Positions 51,597 to 64,000 of a stretch of 64,000 nt of DNA are shown piece by piece. This stretch comes from Balanoglossus misakiensis (Eukaryota > Animalia > Hemichordata), in the NCBI GenBank assembly GCA_040954595.2, contig CM082587.2:12054153-12118152 (forward strand). Direction: 5' to 3'. Positions within the stretch are counted from its first letter, which is position 1. Every line of letters begins with the position of its first letter. Both the position numbers and the translations under genes were made by a program. Below the pieces are notes generated by a model that saw only the letters and a list, made by a program, of their open reading frames with translations, did not search any database and had not been told where the DNA came from.

Positions 51597-53353
51597 TAGT
51601 GCAGGAGCTAAACCCCACATTTTGGCATAATTGTGCACTTTGGGTTAAAAGCATAAAACTTGGTACACTTATGCATTGACCCGTGGCGGCCGTTTTCTGA
51701 TATGGATCCAAAATTACAGCGCCCTCTAGTGGCCAGAAAAAGACATTCATACTTAAAAATTGTGCACTTTGGGTTAAAATCATGAACTTTGGTACAATTA
51801 TTCATTGACCCATGGCGGACATTTTCCAATATGGATCCCAAAAGACAGCGCCCTCTAGTGGCTAGAAACTGACATTTACACTTTTCCCCCCATTAATGAC
51901 TCTTTTTGGGCAAGTTTAACACTCAGAGACAGGAATGTGGGTTGTAAAACATGCTTGCTCCCATACATTCCTTTGAATATTATCCTAATCCTGATGTACA
52001 TGCATCAGATCAATCGTGTATGTTACTAATTGAACGATTTGTTCTTCGAAATAACAACCAGTTCAATACACAAAGTCATGCAAAGGGATAATACAACACC
52101 TCTTCTCCAGAAAGTCAAGGATTCTCGAGAATACAGGCAGCATCTAAAGAACATGTGCTGTGAGAAACCTAGCAAAGCTATATCAAACCAACAGAATCCC
52201 AGTGGAAATCAAGTTGGACAACTCTTAGTCAAGCCCAAGAAAAGAGTCAACCTCAGGAAATCAGTGGCCAAAAGTCATGGACATGATTCTGTAGGTGCTT
52301 TAGGTCTAGTCTGACAGCAGTGGTCATTGTTACTGTGAAGGAAGATGTAATCAAGATTGATCTGATACATGTATATCAGGATTAGGATAATACTGTGGAA
52401 TACTTTATTATCGCTGGAATATATTTTCGCGCAATGGATAAAATCGATACGTCGGCGCGACTTTATTTTCGCGCTGATCGCTTTACATTGTCATCAGCCA
52501 AGGCGCTGTACGCTAATTGAAATTAGACGTTGACAAAGCTAAGTCGTCAAACACAAACATCACAGACTGCCGTTAGGTGACAAACAATGCGTTTTGGGTG
52601 TCAATCAAGTCGGCAAACATTTGATTTTATTGTTTTTAACCAGTTTTAGTTATGGTGTTAATTACAAGGTGTCGGTAATGACTGTCGGCATGTGAGTGCG
52701 TTAGTGCGTGTTCCGTGTCAGATTGACATCGACAAAGCTAAGTCGTCAAACACAAACATCACAGGCTGCTGTTAGGTGACAAACAATGCGTTTTGGGTGT
52801 CAATCGAGTCGGCAAACATTTGATTTTATTGTTTTTAACCAGTTTTAGTTATGGTGTCAATTACTAGGTGTCGATAATGACTGTCGGCATGTGAGTGCGT
52901 GAGCGTGAGTGCGTGTTCCGTGTCAGATTGTTTTCCATAGACGTAACATGCAAGTAATCAGTGGTCAAAGGTCACTGCGTCAGTCGATCTAGCTCATTAA
53001 TATTCATGTCTATTGTGTTCAAAACATACCGCTGGAACAAATTTTCGCGCAAAAATTACCTCCGCGAAAGCAGCCAAAATAAATTCCACGCGAACAAAAA
53101 GTATTCAACAGTATACACATGAATGTATGGTAGCAAGCATGTTTTACAACCCACATTCCTGTTTCAGAGTGTTACAAATGACCAAAAAGTGCCATTAATG
53201 GGGGGAAAGTGTGAATGTCAGTTTCTGGCCACAAGAGGGCGCTGTCATTTTGGATCCATATCAGAAAATGGCCGCCATGGGTCAATGCATAAGTGTACCA
53301 AGTTTCATGCTTTTAACCCAAAGTGCACGATTTTTTTGTTAACTGCCCCACTA
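51597..53353. mobile_element. Academ-type (TAG...CTA, 3-bp AAA TSD) long-TIR element with CTCF-like motifs
   Basis: AAA-TAGTGCAGGAGCTAA ... TTAACTGCCCCACTA-AAA, with inverted arms several hundred bp long. Confidence 0.65.
52393..53111. mobile_element. TA-flanked CTGT...ACAG MITE with a ~200-bp internal direct repeat
   Basis: TA-CTGTGGAATACTTT ... AAAGTATTCAACAG-TA. It interrupts the right arm of the 51,597 element. Confidence 0.65.
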
Positions 53354-56300
53354 AAATGTTTTCGATTCTCAAACAAATGAATTGCGATGTTTTTTCCACG
53401 TCTTATACTTATCGTTGACCAGTGGACAGAATACAGAGTGTTAGTCATCCCGCTCAGCTGGAACAAAACCATTCTCGTAACTTCCGTAAGCCTAAAATCA
53501 AGACAATGTGCTGGCTCGCTCGGGACCAGGCCCGCTAGCTGCAAGCACACATTCATGATCGTAGCGTTGACGTTTCAAATTCTACCTTTCTCGTATTGAT
53601 TTTACCCAGCGATATTCTTACGGAACCGTCATGGAACCGTCAGTTTTATATGACTTATGTACAACTACGGGTTCATCCACTTGTTTATTCCATTTCACAA
53701 GAAAGTTACAGCGACGGGCGAATCAGTGTAAATAGTTCCGGTTGATGACGTAGAACAGGAGTAAATTCGGATTTTTTATTCGACCTGTTCTACGTCACAC
53801 AAGCGGCTATACGGGCCAGTTCATGTGATAAAACGTTGAACAACAGTGAATGCAGTAAATTAAAAAGCCCCAACTTTGAATGGAATAAACACTACTATGG
53901 ATTTTATGACCAGCACTCTATGGAGAGTAGAGCACGATTCCTCAGGCGTTTGTTTTGTGTGTATGCTATTGTTCACTTGTTCTGATCATTGTACTTACCC
54001 ATTGCATACTTACCTGGCTGATATTGTTGAAGGTTATAGTAGGTCATCTACTCTAGTGAAAATTCTAAATTGATTTGGTATTATTTGTTCTGGAGATACA
54101 TTGCATAGATACATGTTGGGAGTTATCAACAAAAGAACATCAGCTGATTTCACAGAGGAAAATATTGCAAATAATGCATTTTGTATAACTTCCATTGACA
54201 ATATTGATAAATCAGCTAAATATGCAGCTGCTAGAGCTGATCCAAAGGACAGAGGTTTCCACGGTACCTCTTATCAAATGGTCCAACCAAAACCAAAGTC
54301 AATTTTGAACAGTGTTGATGATATTGTTTTTGGCAGTCATGACAAACATTCAACTGTCAAAGATTTTGAGCTAATCAACATATATGGTGGTGGAAGGTGC
54401 TTTTTCAGGAGCCTCTCTGTGAGAAATGATATTGCATTGCAAAATTGCGATCATCTACCTAGTGGACTCCCTTCTGACCCAATTTTAGCTGACCGAGAGA
54501 AAATATTCGCAGACAAGTTAAGAGCAGATACAGTAGACATAATGCGTGCCAATCATATATACTTTGAAGGAATGGATGATGCACAACTTGATGTCCTGTT
54601 AGACGGCACTCGTTATATGGACATTTTGCACAGGACACAATGTATGGAAAAGGCAGATTAATATGCTGGTATGCCAGAAATGTTATCTGTAGTGTATGTT
54701 GCAAAATGTCCATTACATATATACACCAAGCAGAATGATATATTTGCAAGAGGTGATGGTGATGTGTTCTCCAAGACTGAGCCTGTCTGTCTCTTGTACA
54801 CACCAGACAGGCCAGGTCAACCAGGCCATTATGATTTGCTTCTTAACAGGCAGTTAATTAAAAGTAAAGATAGTCTGGTGAGTGAAAATGCACAGAATTC
54901 ATTTGAACGGTGGCAAGAATTAAACAGTGGCTTTTGTTCACAAAATACAGTAGACTCTGAAATGAATGAAATTTTTGGCAATTTGTGGAAATAATACTAA
55001 AATCATGGTTGACAGATCTATCTAAAAAAATACTGGTACAGGTTTGATTGCAAAAGCCCGTACATTTACGGAGAAAAAAATCCAATGATACTGTTCATGA
55101 TGATGTAGTATTTAAACCACCTCTACTGAGACAACATCAACCACGGTCATCAATTTCGCTGTCAGATTTTGACATTAAACAAGAAGAAGCCATTGCTTGG
55201 TCAGAACTGTTTTCTGACAATTCATTTTTGCTCTACAGAAAAATGCAATGCACAGAGCTGATATAGAAACAGTTTTTGGGGATTTTAAATCAACATTAGC
55301 AACAAATGCTAACAGTAATGAAAGTGAATGCTCAAATGTCATTTATTTGGGCATAGCAAGTGAACACGCAGACACCATTGAAACTGTCCATAACATTATC
55401 AATAAGCTGTATATGTTACATTCAGAGTTGGTGTAAGAATAAAATACCTGGTTGTGGTTGGTGATGGGAAAACTTCCCATCACCTGATAAAGTTAAAAGA
55501 CATGTATGGTGCAAATTTAGACTGGTTGCAGCCTTTTATCAGAGACTGGCACACTCTAAAAAATTACCAACCAGTCATCATGAAAATATTCTGGGATGCT
55601 GGCCTAAAACATCTGGCAGGGTTCAATCATAAAGGGGGAACTTTGGAAACCCTAGTACAGTGTACAAATTTCAAGCTAACTCATCGCTTCCTAACACAAA
55701 TTTGGGAAAGTATGTTTAGATGTGTTGTCAATTCCTTTTTGAATAAGAGGGGTGAAACCCATAATACCCAGCACTGTCCCTTAAATACAGAAACAGTCCA
55801 AAAATAATTACTAGAAGCTGTCACAAAATCTTTGGAATGTACTGAAGATAAAGCTGATCATATTGACAAAATTAATGGTGACCTTAAGGCTCAACTTACT
55901 CGCTTGCAAGAGGAATTTCAGATTTTTTGTGACAGAACACAGTACGATATTTTACCCACAATTCTCCATGATTTGTATCATCGAAGGTTGTCCATTTAAT
56001 AACTTTTTCTGTTTTAGACACTAACAATGATATGAAGTACATATAAATCTATTTATGTTTATCTAGGAAAAGTACGTTGAGGAATTAGAGTGAAATTCCA
56101 AAATCAAAATTTAAAAGCATTAAGAATCAAAGTATTCATGTACTGCAAATGCCACACTTCGGAGGAAACAAGCAATGAGGAAACAAGCAATGATTGACTG
56201 AGGTGGCCAGTCTCTGTTGAAAGTTAACATGTAAATTTCCATTGTTCTGTCAAAAGAAAATATCAATATCTTTTTGTTTGATTAAACAGGTGTTTCAAGT

Positions 56301-59300
56301 GTCCCTGTTTTACTCCAAACTTTTTGGTATGGCTGGCTATGCAATTGCTTGATTATTTTATAAAATTCGTATCTTCTCTCTCAATAATACATAATTTTCT
56401 AAATCATTTGAAATGGTAATTGACAATAAGATTCACCTTAAAAGTAAGATCTCAAAATTTCTATTAGTGGTCTACAATTCTCTCTACACTTTGCCTGGTT
56501 TGACTGAGTAATCTCTAATTGTACAAATCAGAATGAATTATGGGATATTTCACGTACTGTGCAGAAGGGCAAATACAGACAAAACTTTCAAATTTTGGGT
56601 TAGATTTATAGAGGAAGATTTGTTTGCATACATGTCTTTGTACATTGCAATAAGGTCAGGAAATTGGAACCTTCGAATATCGGCTTTGAAAAAAATGAAC
56701 CAACTGTTCCATGCATATGACCGATCCCTGTACTTGAGGTTAATTCCCAGACACCTTGCTGACCTTCTGAAGATGCCAAACTCTCTGTTGTGACATTTCA
56801 AAGCAGGTGGTTTTGTTTGCAATTTGTCAGGCTCAACTTGGGTTAATGTAGCACTAGATGAAGCCCATGAAATGTGCGTCAATAAAGATGTTAAAGCTGC
56901 ATTGCATACTTCTACAGGTGGGTTAATGGAGAGAATAGCAATTTATTTACCCTATAGAGCTATGGCTGCCAAGAATCTAAAAGATCAGTTATTTTCTTTC
57001 TAAAATGAAACCCATAATTCAGTTAGTGTACATAAAATACATGAGTCAAACTGCAGGTTGTATATCAATTGTCTTGAAGGTGCTGAGTATTTTCACCACT
57101 TAATACCGCCAGGGAGCTAACTAATATATTTTCAGATGACACAGCAAAGAATAGCGTCAAGGACACTGTGGTCCCATTTGAGGATTATGCGGAAACAGTG
57201 ACACACCAGAATAAAAATTACAGGTGACATTGCAAGCATATATGATCTTACGATATAGAAATATGGAATGTAAAAAAAATTGACCAAAAATTGTCTGTAC
57301 AAACACATATGAGAAGCAACTTCTTTCAGTCAGCTCTGAAACAGACAGACAGACAGACACACACACTGACCTGCCACTAGTAATAAACAATTTAATAGCC
57401 CATGGTCTCTCTAACAGCTGGCTTATTGAAGTTATGTAAACATGTCTCAGTTGGGGGTAACAACTCCTTGTAAACAGTAACTTTCAAAACAACTGGACAA
57501 TTGGTTTAGGAGAAAAAACTCGCTAAATATTGAATATTTGTGATATCAGAATTGAATAAAAGTTGCACATATACATGTATGTGTTATGAAATTATATCCT
57601 AAATTTCAAAGCAATCAGAGAAAAAACAAATTTCAAAGCAATCAACAAGCAGTTTCACAAAAAAATATTTGTTCAAAAGTGGCAAAAACACAAAATTGTA
57701 CAATACCTTACTTCAACCACTACAAGGAACATGCTGCCAAAGTTCAATGCAATATGACAAGCAGTTTCAGGAAAACAATTTTTGACAAAAATTGCAAAAG
57801 TTTCCCCGATAACACATTTATGAAAATATCACATTTTTTACAACATATTATTTGGGTTACACCTACGAACATGCCTACCAAATTGCAAAGCAATCCGGCA
57901 TGCGGTTTTACAGAAAAAAAAATTGACCAAAAATGGCAAATATTGCTCAAAATTATAAATATGCAAATTTTACAACAATTTGAACACAACTATGGTTACT
58001 CAGACAACAATTGGGAAGCTTCATACTAAATTTAAAAGAAGTAAGCCCATCACTTTCAGAAATGAAGACTTTTTACCAATAACATGGAAAAATACAAACA
58101 AATGCATAAAAAATAGGAAATCAATAATATTAGCTCAAAACATACATTAATTGTAGGCCAAACAAGAGAAAACTAGTGAACTTCTTGTCAGCCACATCTT
58201 TAAAAATAATTGTACCGGCTCTGCAAGGTGATCATGTCCTCATTACAGCAGGTGGCTTTGATGGGGAAAATAGGGACAAGAGTCTTTTCGTCGGTAGTAA
58301 TGGAATTGTGTCTGAGTGGGAAGCCAAAAGTTGTCATGAAGAAGCTGACAGTAGATGCATCCTTCATGCAGTTCAGTCCTCTTACAAGAAAGGTGTTATT
58401 TACTCCCCTGATACCGATACTTATCATGTTCTCCTCCCAGTACTATATCAACATGTTCAAAAGGAGATATTTGTACAACTGGATAATGATTTATCCAATC
58501 TCACTTATTTAGACATGAATCAATTCAAATCAGATTTAAATTTAGACCCTTATTTGCAACATATTCCCCTCCAATATGTAGGCAAAATATTTCAAACAGT
58601 GTTCATATGCACAGGTTGTGACTATACTTTGCAGGCATCGGAAAGATATCTTTCTACAAGACATTTTTTCAATACCCTGAGTTTATAACTAGTGGCACCC
58701 TTATACCTGGAACACAACAGTAGACAGTGTAGGGAATGGAATTTTCGCTTTCATACGTTTAAAAGGTAGTGTTTATGTTAAGAAACATTTCCAAGCATTT
58801 GATGCATCTCATCTTTTTGAACTTTATCGACAAGTAGCCAGTGTCACTAACAGTCTTAAAGATAACCACATCAAATGGCTTACATATATATGAGAAACAA
58901 TTTGGCCACGTATCCAGTATGAGGAAGAATGTATCCCTTCCTTTGAAGCCCTACAACTGCACTGGAAAAGATCATGCTGGGTCTCTCAGTAATGGTCCCA
59001 GGCCGATCAGTGCCATGTTACGTTTCCCTTATTCAATAATTATGGATACAGACTAAGCAACGGCGAACTTGATATTATTTGGGACAGTGATGCCAATTTA
59101 GAAAAAGTGAAAAATAATTTGGAGTTGCTAACAAAAGGGTGTGGCTGCAAAAAGATGCCAACTTGTAATAGCAGATGTTGTAAATGTTATAAGACCCACA
59201 ATGGTTGTGGCCCTGCGTGTCAATGCAATGACTCCAGTAATCCACATAATGGGAACCCTGGATTCTGTACCACATCGAAAAAGTATGGGGTATGCCCAAA

Positions 59301-59689
59301 ATATACAGATAAGTCACCACTATTAGAATCACCATCACCAATCACTGATACTGAACATCATTATATGGAAAATAGCATTGATGCAATTTTACAGGAGGAG
59401 TCACATGAATTTGACATTTTAAGAGAAGAAGAGGGAAATATTTACGAGACTGATTCTGACTTTGACGAACTGACTGATGAATATAACTGGACGGAAGAAA
59501 AACAAACTGATAATTCAAAGAATGGTGATTGTGATTCCAATGATGGTGACTGTGATGACATTTAATGAATCATCAATGAAATTGATTGGTCTTTTGTGGG
59601 TTGCAGCCCTATTGTGGTTTCAGTCATACCTTTCCAATCGCACCCTGTGTGTATGTGTTAATTTCAGACATGGTTACTGTAACCGTGTT

Positions 59690-60450
59690 CCAAACAATCA
59701 CCATTTTATCCGCTTGACACTGGGGTAACACAGGGATCAGTTCTTTGTCCTATACTTTTTAATATGTACACTTCTCCATTAGGTGAATTAGTTTCTAGTC
59801 ATGGATGCCTGTACATAGCTTTTATGCAGATGGCTCTTCATTGTCTTTTACCAAGAAGAATGCTCCCAGAATGCTCTCAAATCTAGAACATTGTATTTCC
59901 GATGTCGGTACTGAATGTCTGAAAATGTCTTGTGTTTAAATAACAATAAGACTGAATTTGTTATTTTTTCTGCTACTTCGGGTAATCTATCTGCCAGAGG
60001 GATTACAGAAATGCATGTGATGCTCTGAAACCTGTTCATTGTCTGACAATGATTGCACAGATCTGCCATTCAGTCGCTTTTCATTTGCAGCATATTGCAC
60101 TTGTCTGTAAATATTTATCTCAAGCCGCCACAGAGCAATAAAGTTCCTTCTTTTGTTGCATTTTGAATAGATTCATGTAATTCACTTTTATTTGGGCTCC
60201 CTAAGTACTAGATCAGCCGTATTCAAGTTCAAAATATTGCTGCTAGTTCCAAAATCACCTTTTACATCAATGCAATTTCAGTTGCATTGGTTACCTGTGT
60301 CTGATCGTATTGTTTTCAAGATTTTATTTCTTATTTTTGAATTCATTCATAGACTTGGACCATCATATCTGTCTGATATGATCAAATTGTATGTTCCAAA
60401 TCGAAACTTGGAGTCAGCTGATCAGCTCAAACTCTGTCCTGTTCAGCCCA
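59690..60450 (+). mobile_element. Decayed L2/CR1-group LINE reverse transcriptase fragment
   Basis: GVTQGSVLCPILFNMYTSPLG, FYAD, LNNNKTEF and LHWLPVSDRIVFKIL. Confidence 0.85.
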
Positions 60451-63400
60451 ATGCAATGATGACAACAAAAATTGCTTGCCTTCAGACACAAATATTTATT
60501 GCATATATTATCAGTGAATAAAGGGAAATGGTTTTGAAGTTACAGTTGGCATTTTGCATTCTCGAAATGTCTACTAATATCCCAGGCCACGATAAAGAGA
60601 AAAAAAATACACCAGCTGAGCTCCTCACACGTACGTAGTCATGTATGGTAAACCTGGCATTCTGTCCATATGGGACCTACATTTGTAGGCGATAGATCGA
60701 TGTTGTATTGAAATCAGGCTAGTAATTAAGTTAAAACTTGGCTAATACGTTACCTTAGGGTGTTATACATTATCCAGTAACTGTTTTACTTAAGAATTGC
60801 CTTTCAAAAGCTGTTTTCCCCACGGTAAACGTATCGTTTCACGATCAACGCAACACTTCTGTATTTACAAGGCTAACATGGAGCCGGAGAGGTCAACGTA
60901 TACTTCCGGGTCATATCGTTGAACGACATCGATTATTTTTAAGCGGACTGTTACACAAGCATTTCGAATTAATTTCTTTTCATGGATGTCGGGACCGATA
61001 TTAGACCTCTCTGTCAGGAAAGTTTGGTTAACTTCCGAGGTCGTTTTCAAATGCTTTTTGACACGTTTATGGACGTCTCTTTCGGGGTCACCAACATACC
61101 ACTGAAAACACGTTAAAAACTTCTACTATTACCGACAGATTTTCATAAAATTTACGTCTGCAGTGAAAAATGGGAATCACTTTCGTAATTTATCCAGCTA
61201 ACATGGTATTTTATTGCACAACAGAGCATAAAAATCAAGTTGAAAATCACCTTGAAAATTGGCCTATTGCAGTCTGTTTGAAAGTTAACGGTCGCTCGCT
61301 TGATGAACTTTCATATGCAAATGAGCACCGTGCGATCTGACTGTGTATATGTACTCCGTGTAGACTGAATGGGACCACTGTGTCCTTGACGCAATTTTTT
61401 ACACTTATCAGGTATATGTTGACTAACACAAGCAAAAATATCACCAACTCATCTGAGAAATCTTATCCCAGGTCCTAAGGTTGTGAGATTAATAGAATCT
61501 CACACTCCCAAGGACTAGGGGTCATAATTCTGACATGAGTTGGGGATTTTCTGTCCCACACGAGCCGCAGGCGAATGTGGGACAAAATATCCCTGACAAG
61601 TGTGGGAAATATGATCCTAGGTCCTTTGTGTATGAGATTATATTTCTCACACGGGCACAAATTAGCCAAATTCGTCTTAAAACATTGAATAAATGACTCT
61701 TGAGTTGTCATCTGGCATGTTGTAGTTTCTTTATCCTGTCATTGGATAACATTTAGCGCACGTTATTAAAAATCGCTTTGTCATCCAATCAGCGCTCGCG
61801 TCATATACAGCTTTCGATTCAGTGAGTGTGTGGGATTGATTTGTTCTTACACTCTGATCCTACACTCTCAGCATGCCAGGAGTGTGAGAATCTATATAAT
61901 TAAGATCTACGAGTTTGAAATTTTAGGTGAAGAGTTTATCAATTTCTTTGCCAACCCTGTAGGTCATTCTGGGATATGTGTTCATGCCAAAGCACAAACA
62001 GTTATGACCTGACAGCTCAGTTTTTACATCATTTCTACAAATCCACAAAGAAACTGAAAGTTTAGAAAAGTCAGGCCTGTTAGAAATATTAGAAATATCA
62101 CTGTTAATACTTAATTTCAAAGCCATGTGAATTTGTTCAATTTAAGAAAATTTTAAAGGAAGGGAGGATAGGTATTGACTTGAATAATTACAATGGATGT
62201 TTTTGTTTTCTATTTTCAGATGTGAATGAGTGTTCAGATTCTGTTTGTGCTGGAGGTTGTCACAATGCAGAGGGTGGATTCAGCTGTAGTTGTGGTGATG
62301 ATGGTTTTTCTCTGAGTGCAGACCATGTCAATTGTTCAGGTAAGTTTTTTTTGAGTGGGGAGGGTATAGGCTAACAACTGCTTTGCATTTCCTGCCACAA
62401 AAGGGTGCTTACAGAAGTTGTAAGTTGCAGAGATTACAGCCAGTCACCATGTTAAAAAAGAAAATAATTTAAAGTTATCAGGCACTTTCCATAGTTAGAA
62501 ATTAAAAATATAGCGTCAAGGACACTTGGTGCTCTCTCAGTGTGTAGTGGATGACGAGCAGAATGTTTGGAGAACAGTGCAAACACCACAGTGAAATGCT
62601 GAACTGATTTGCTCATGTAATATTGAATGCAGCCTGATAACGTAGGTGCTTGACAGGGGGAAAAACCACTTGTCCTGGGCTCTAATAACTGTTTTAAATT
62701 AAGTCTTAAAAATGGCCTGCACTCACAAATGGCCTCACACAAATATATTGTCATTTCCCTCTCAGATTCTGTATATTATGTTATACTGATGGAATTCATT
62801 GTGTATGTCGTATCAAATTGCACCAGTGCGAGCTATGAGAAATGTGTTTTGAAAAAAAAACAGTGCTTAGAAGTACTAGTCTAAAAGTGAAAGAAATACA
62901 TTTGGAAAAAAAAATATCAGACAGCATTCAAGATCAGCTGAAGTGTTTTGATAAAATTTCTCCATATTCAAGTATATACTTTCATGTGCTGACTATAGTA
63001 GTGTAGGTGGTAGCAAAAAAAATACATGAATTGTTCAAACAGAAAGTTCAATCATTTAGTTTCCCCAGTTTATGGGTGCATAGCAGTTGTGAACATAGTA
63101 TATGAAATAAATTAAAATAGTCATTGCTCTCTGGTCCATCATTTTCGGTAGAAGTGACCTGATTTCACATCAATAGTTTCCCACCCATCATTTCCAGCTA
63201 ATTTCATGTAGAACAAAACTCCTATACAACATAATAACATTTCTAGAACCTTTTTTTGATGGTTGGGCCCACAGACTAACACTAGTGGTTCTAAAAAGAA
63301 ACTTCCATAACAACCTGTACGCTTGACGCATTCAAGTCAGGGCACACCTAACCCATTCAAAATATGCAAATTAGAAAAAGACGCATATGCATTATTTGTG

Positions 63401-64000
63401 CCTCGAGAGACACACACAGGAAATCAAGCGAGTGTGGCCACTAGCTGAAAGAGCTGAATTCAATGGATTGCCTTACAATGTTCATGATACAAGGGGGTGA
63501 TGATCAATGAACAGAACAGCGGTCCACTTTCACGCATTGTAGTGCACTGATCATGGCAAGTTGATCATGTCAAAACAAACGACGATGTTAGATAGCAGTG
63601 CTTCGCAAGTTTGACTAATTTGTATGAAAATTGTCTCGCCAAACTTTTTTCTCGCGGGTAGCAAAAACACTGCTGGCTAATCCGTTCCGATTTCTGTCCC
63701 TGTTCCAATTCTTCCGCAACACCTCAAAGCTACACACCACCGCCAAAAACATAAAGCTAGAAAATGGTATGAATTCTTGACGGATGGAAGTAGTTTGACA
63801 GACGGTAGTAGCTCATACCCAACTTGACAGACTCCTCTGTTTACACTTCGGAGCCAAAAAAAACGAGTTTGTTGTCTCGTGCATGATATTTTTGGCTTTC
63901 AAACACTACCTTGTTAAATTTAATGTGGTTACTACATTGTTTGTTTATCAGTATACAGTACTGGTACAGATAAACATATGTAATGACCAAGTTATTTGCC

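Larger units (their letters stand above)
49840..59565 (+). mobile_element. Decayed AcademX-OTU coding region, copy B (retains the acidic C-terminus)
   Basis: Same motifs as copy A. ORF 59,107-59,565 has the CXC region, a D/E-rich tail and a stop codon. Confidence 0.75.
40438..64000 (+). repeat. Segmental duplication, copy B (runs off the window)
   Basis: Same order of exons and elements as copy A. It lacks A ~13,549-17,693. Confidence 0.9.

Noticed and set aside
57586-58029. 147-aa K/N/Q-rich ORF
   Set aside because: It lies in an A-rich repeat, and the paralogous copy at ~33,333 is broken by a stop codon.

Overview
AT-rich, repeat-dense animal genomic DNA, probably a marine invertebrate deuterostome (inferred from repeat types, not proven). 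No intact host gene, RNA gene or CRISPR array is visible. Most of the window is a large direct duplication: copy A from ~11,901 and copy B from ~40,438 to the window end. Copy A also contains a near-perfect 5,808-bp tandem duplication. The duplicated unit is a + strand mosaic of (i) a partial, degenerate MED25 exon chain, (ii) a fragment resembling the herpes-tegument (peptidase C76) deubiquitinase, (iii) phase-1 calcium-binding EGF exons and (iv) a decayed Academ (AcademX-type) DNA transposon gene. That gene encodes DDE transposase, XPG/PIN-like nuclease and CXC parts, with an OTU deubiquitinase domain in frame inside the transposase core, which is the most unusual feature found. Comparing the copies gives empty and filled sites for many small elements: Kolobok-, Harbinger-, AcademH-, Helentron-, Crypton-like and LINE fragments. 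Other notable small elements are a CAC/5-bp-TSD Transib/RAG-like element, a 43-bp minimal element with a 9-bp TSD, and an Academ-type element carrying CTCF-like motifs. Superfamily names come from termini, TSDs and remembered protein motifs; no database search was run.
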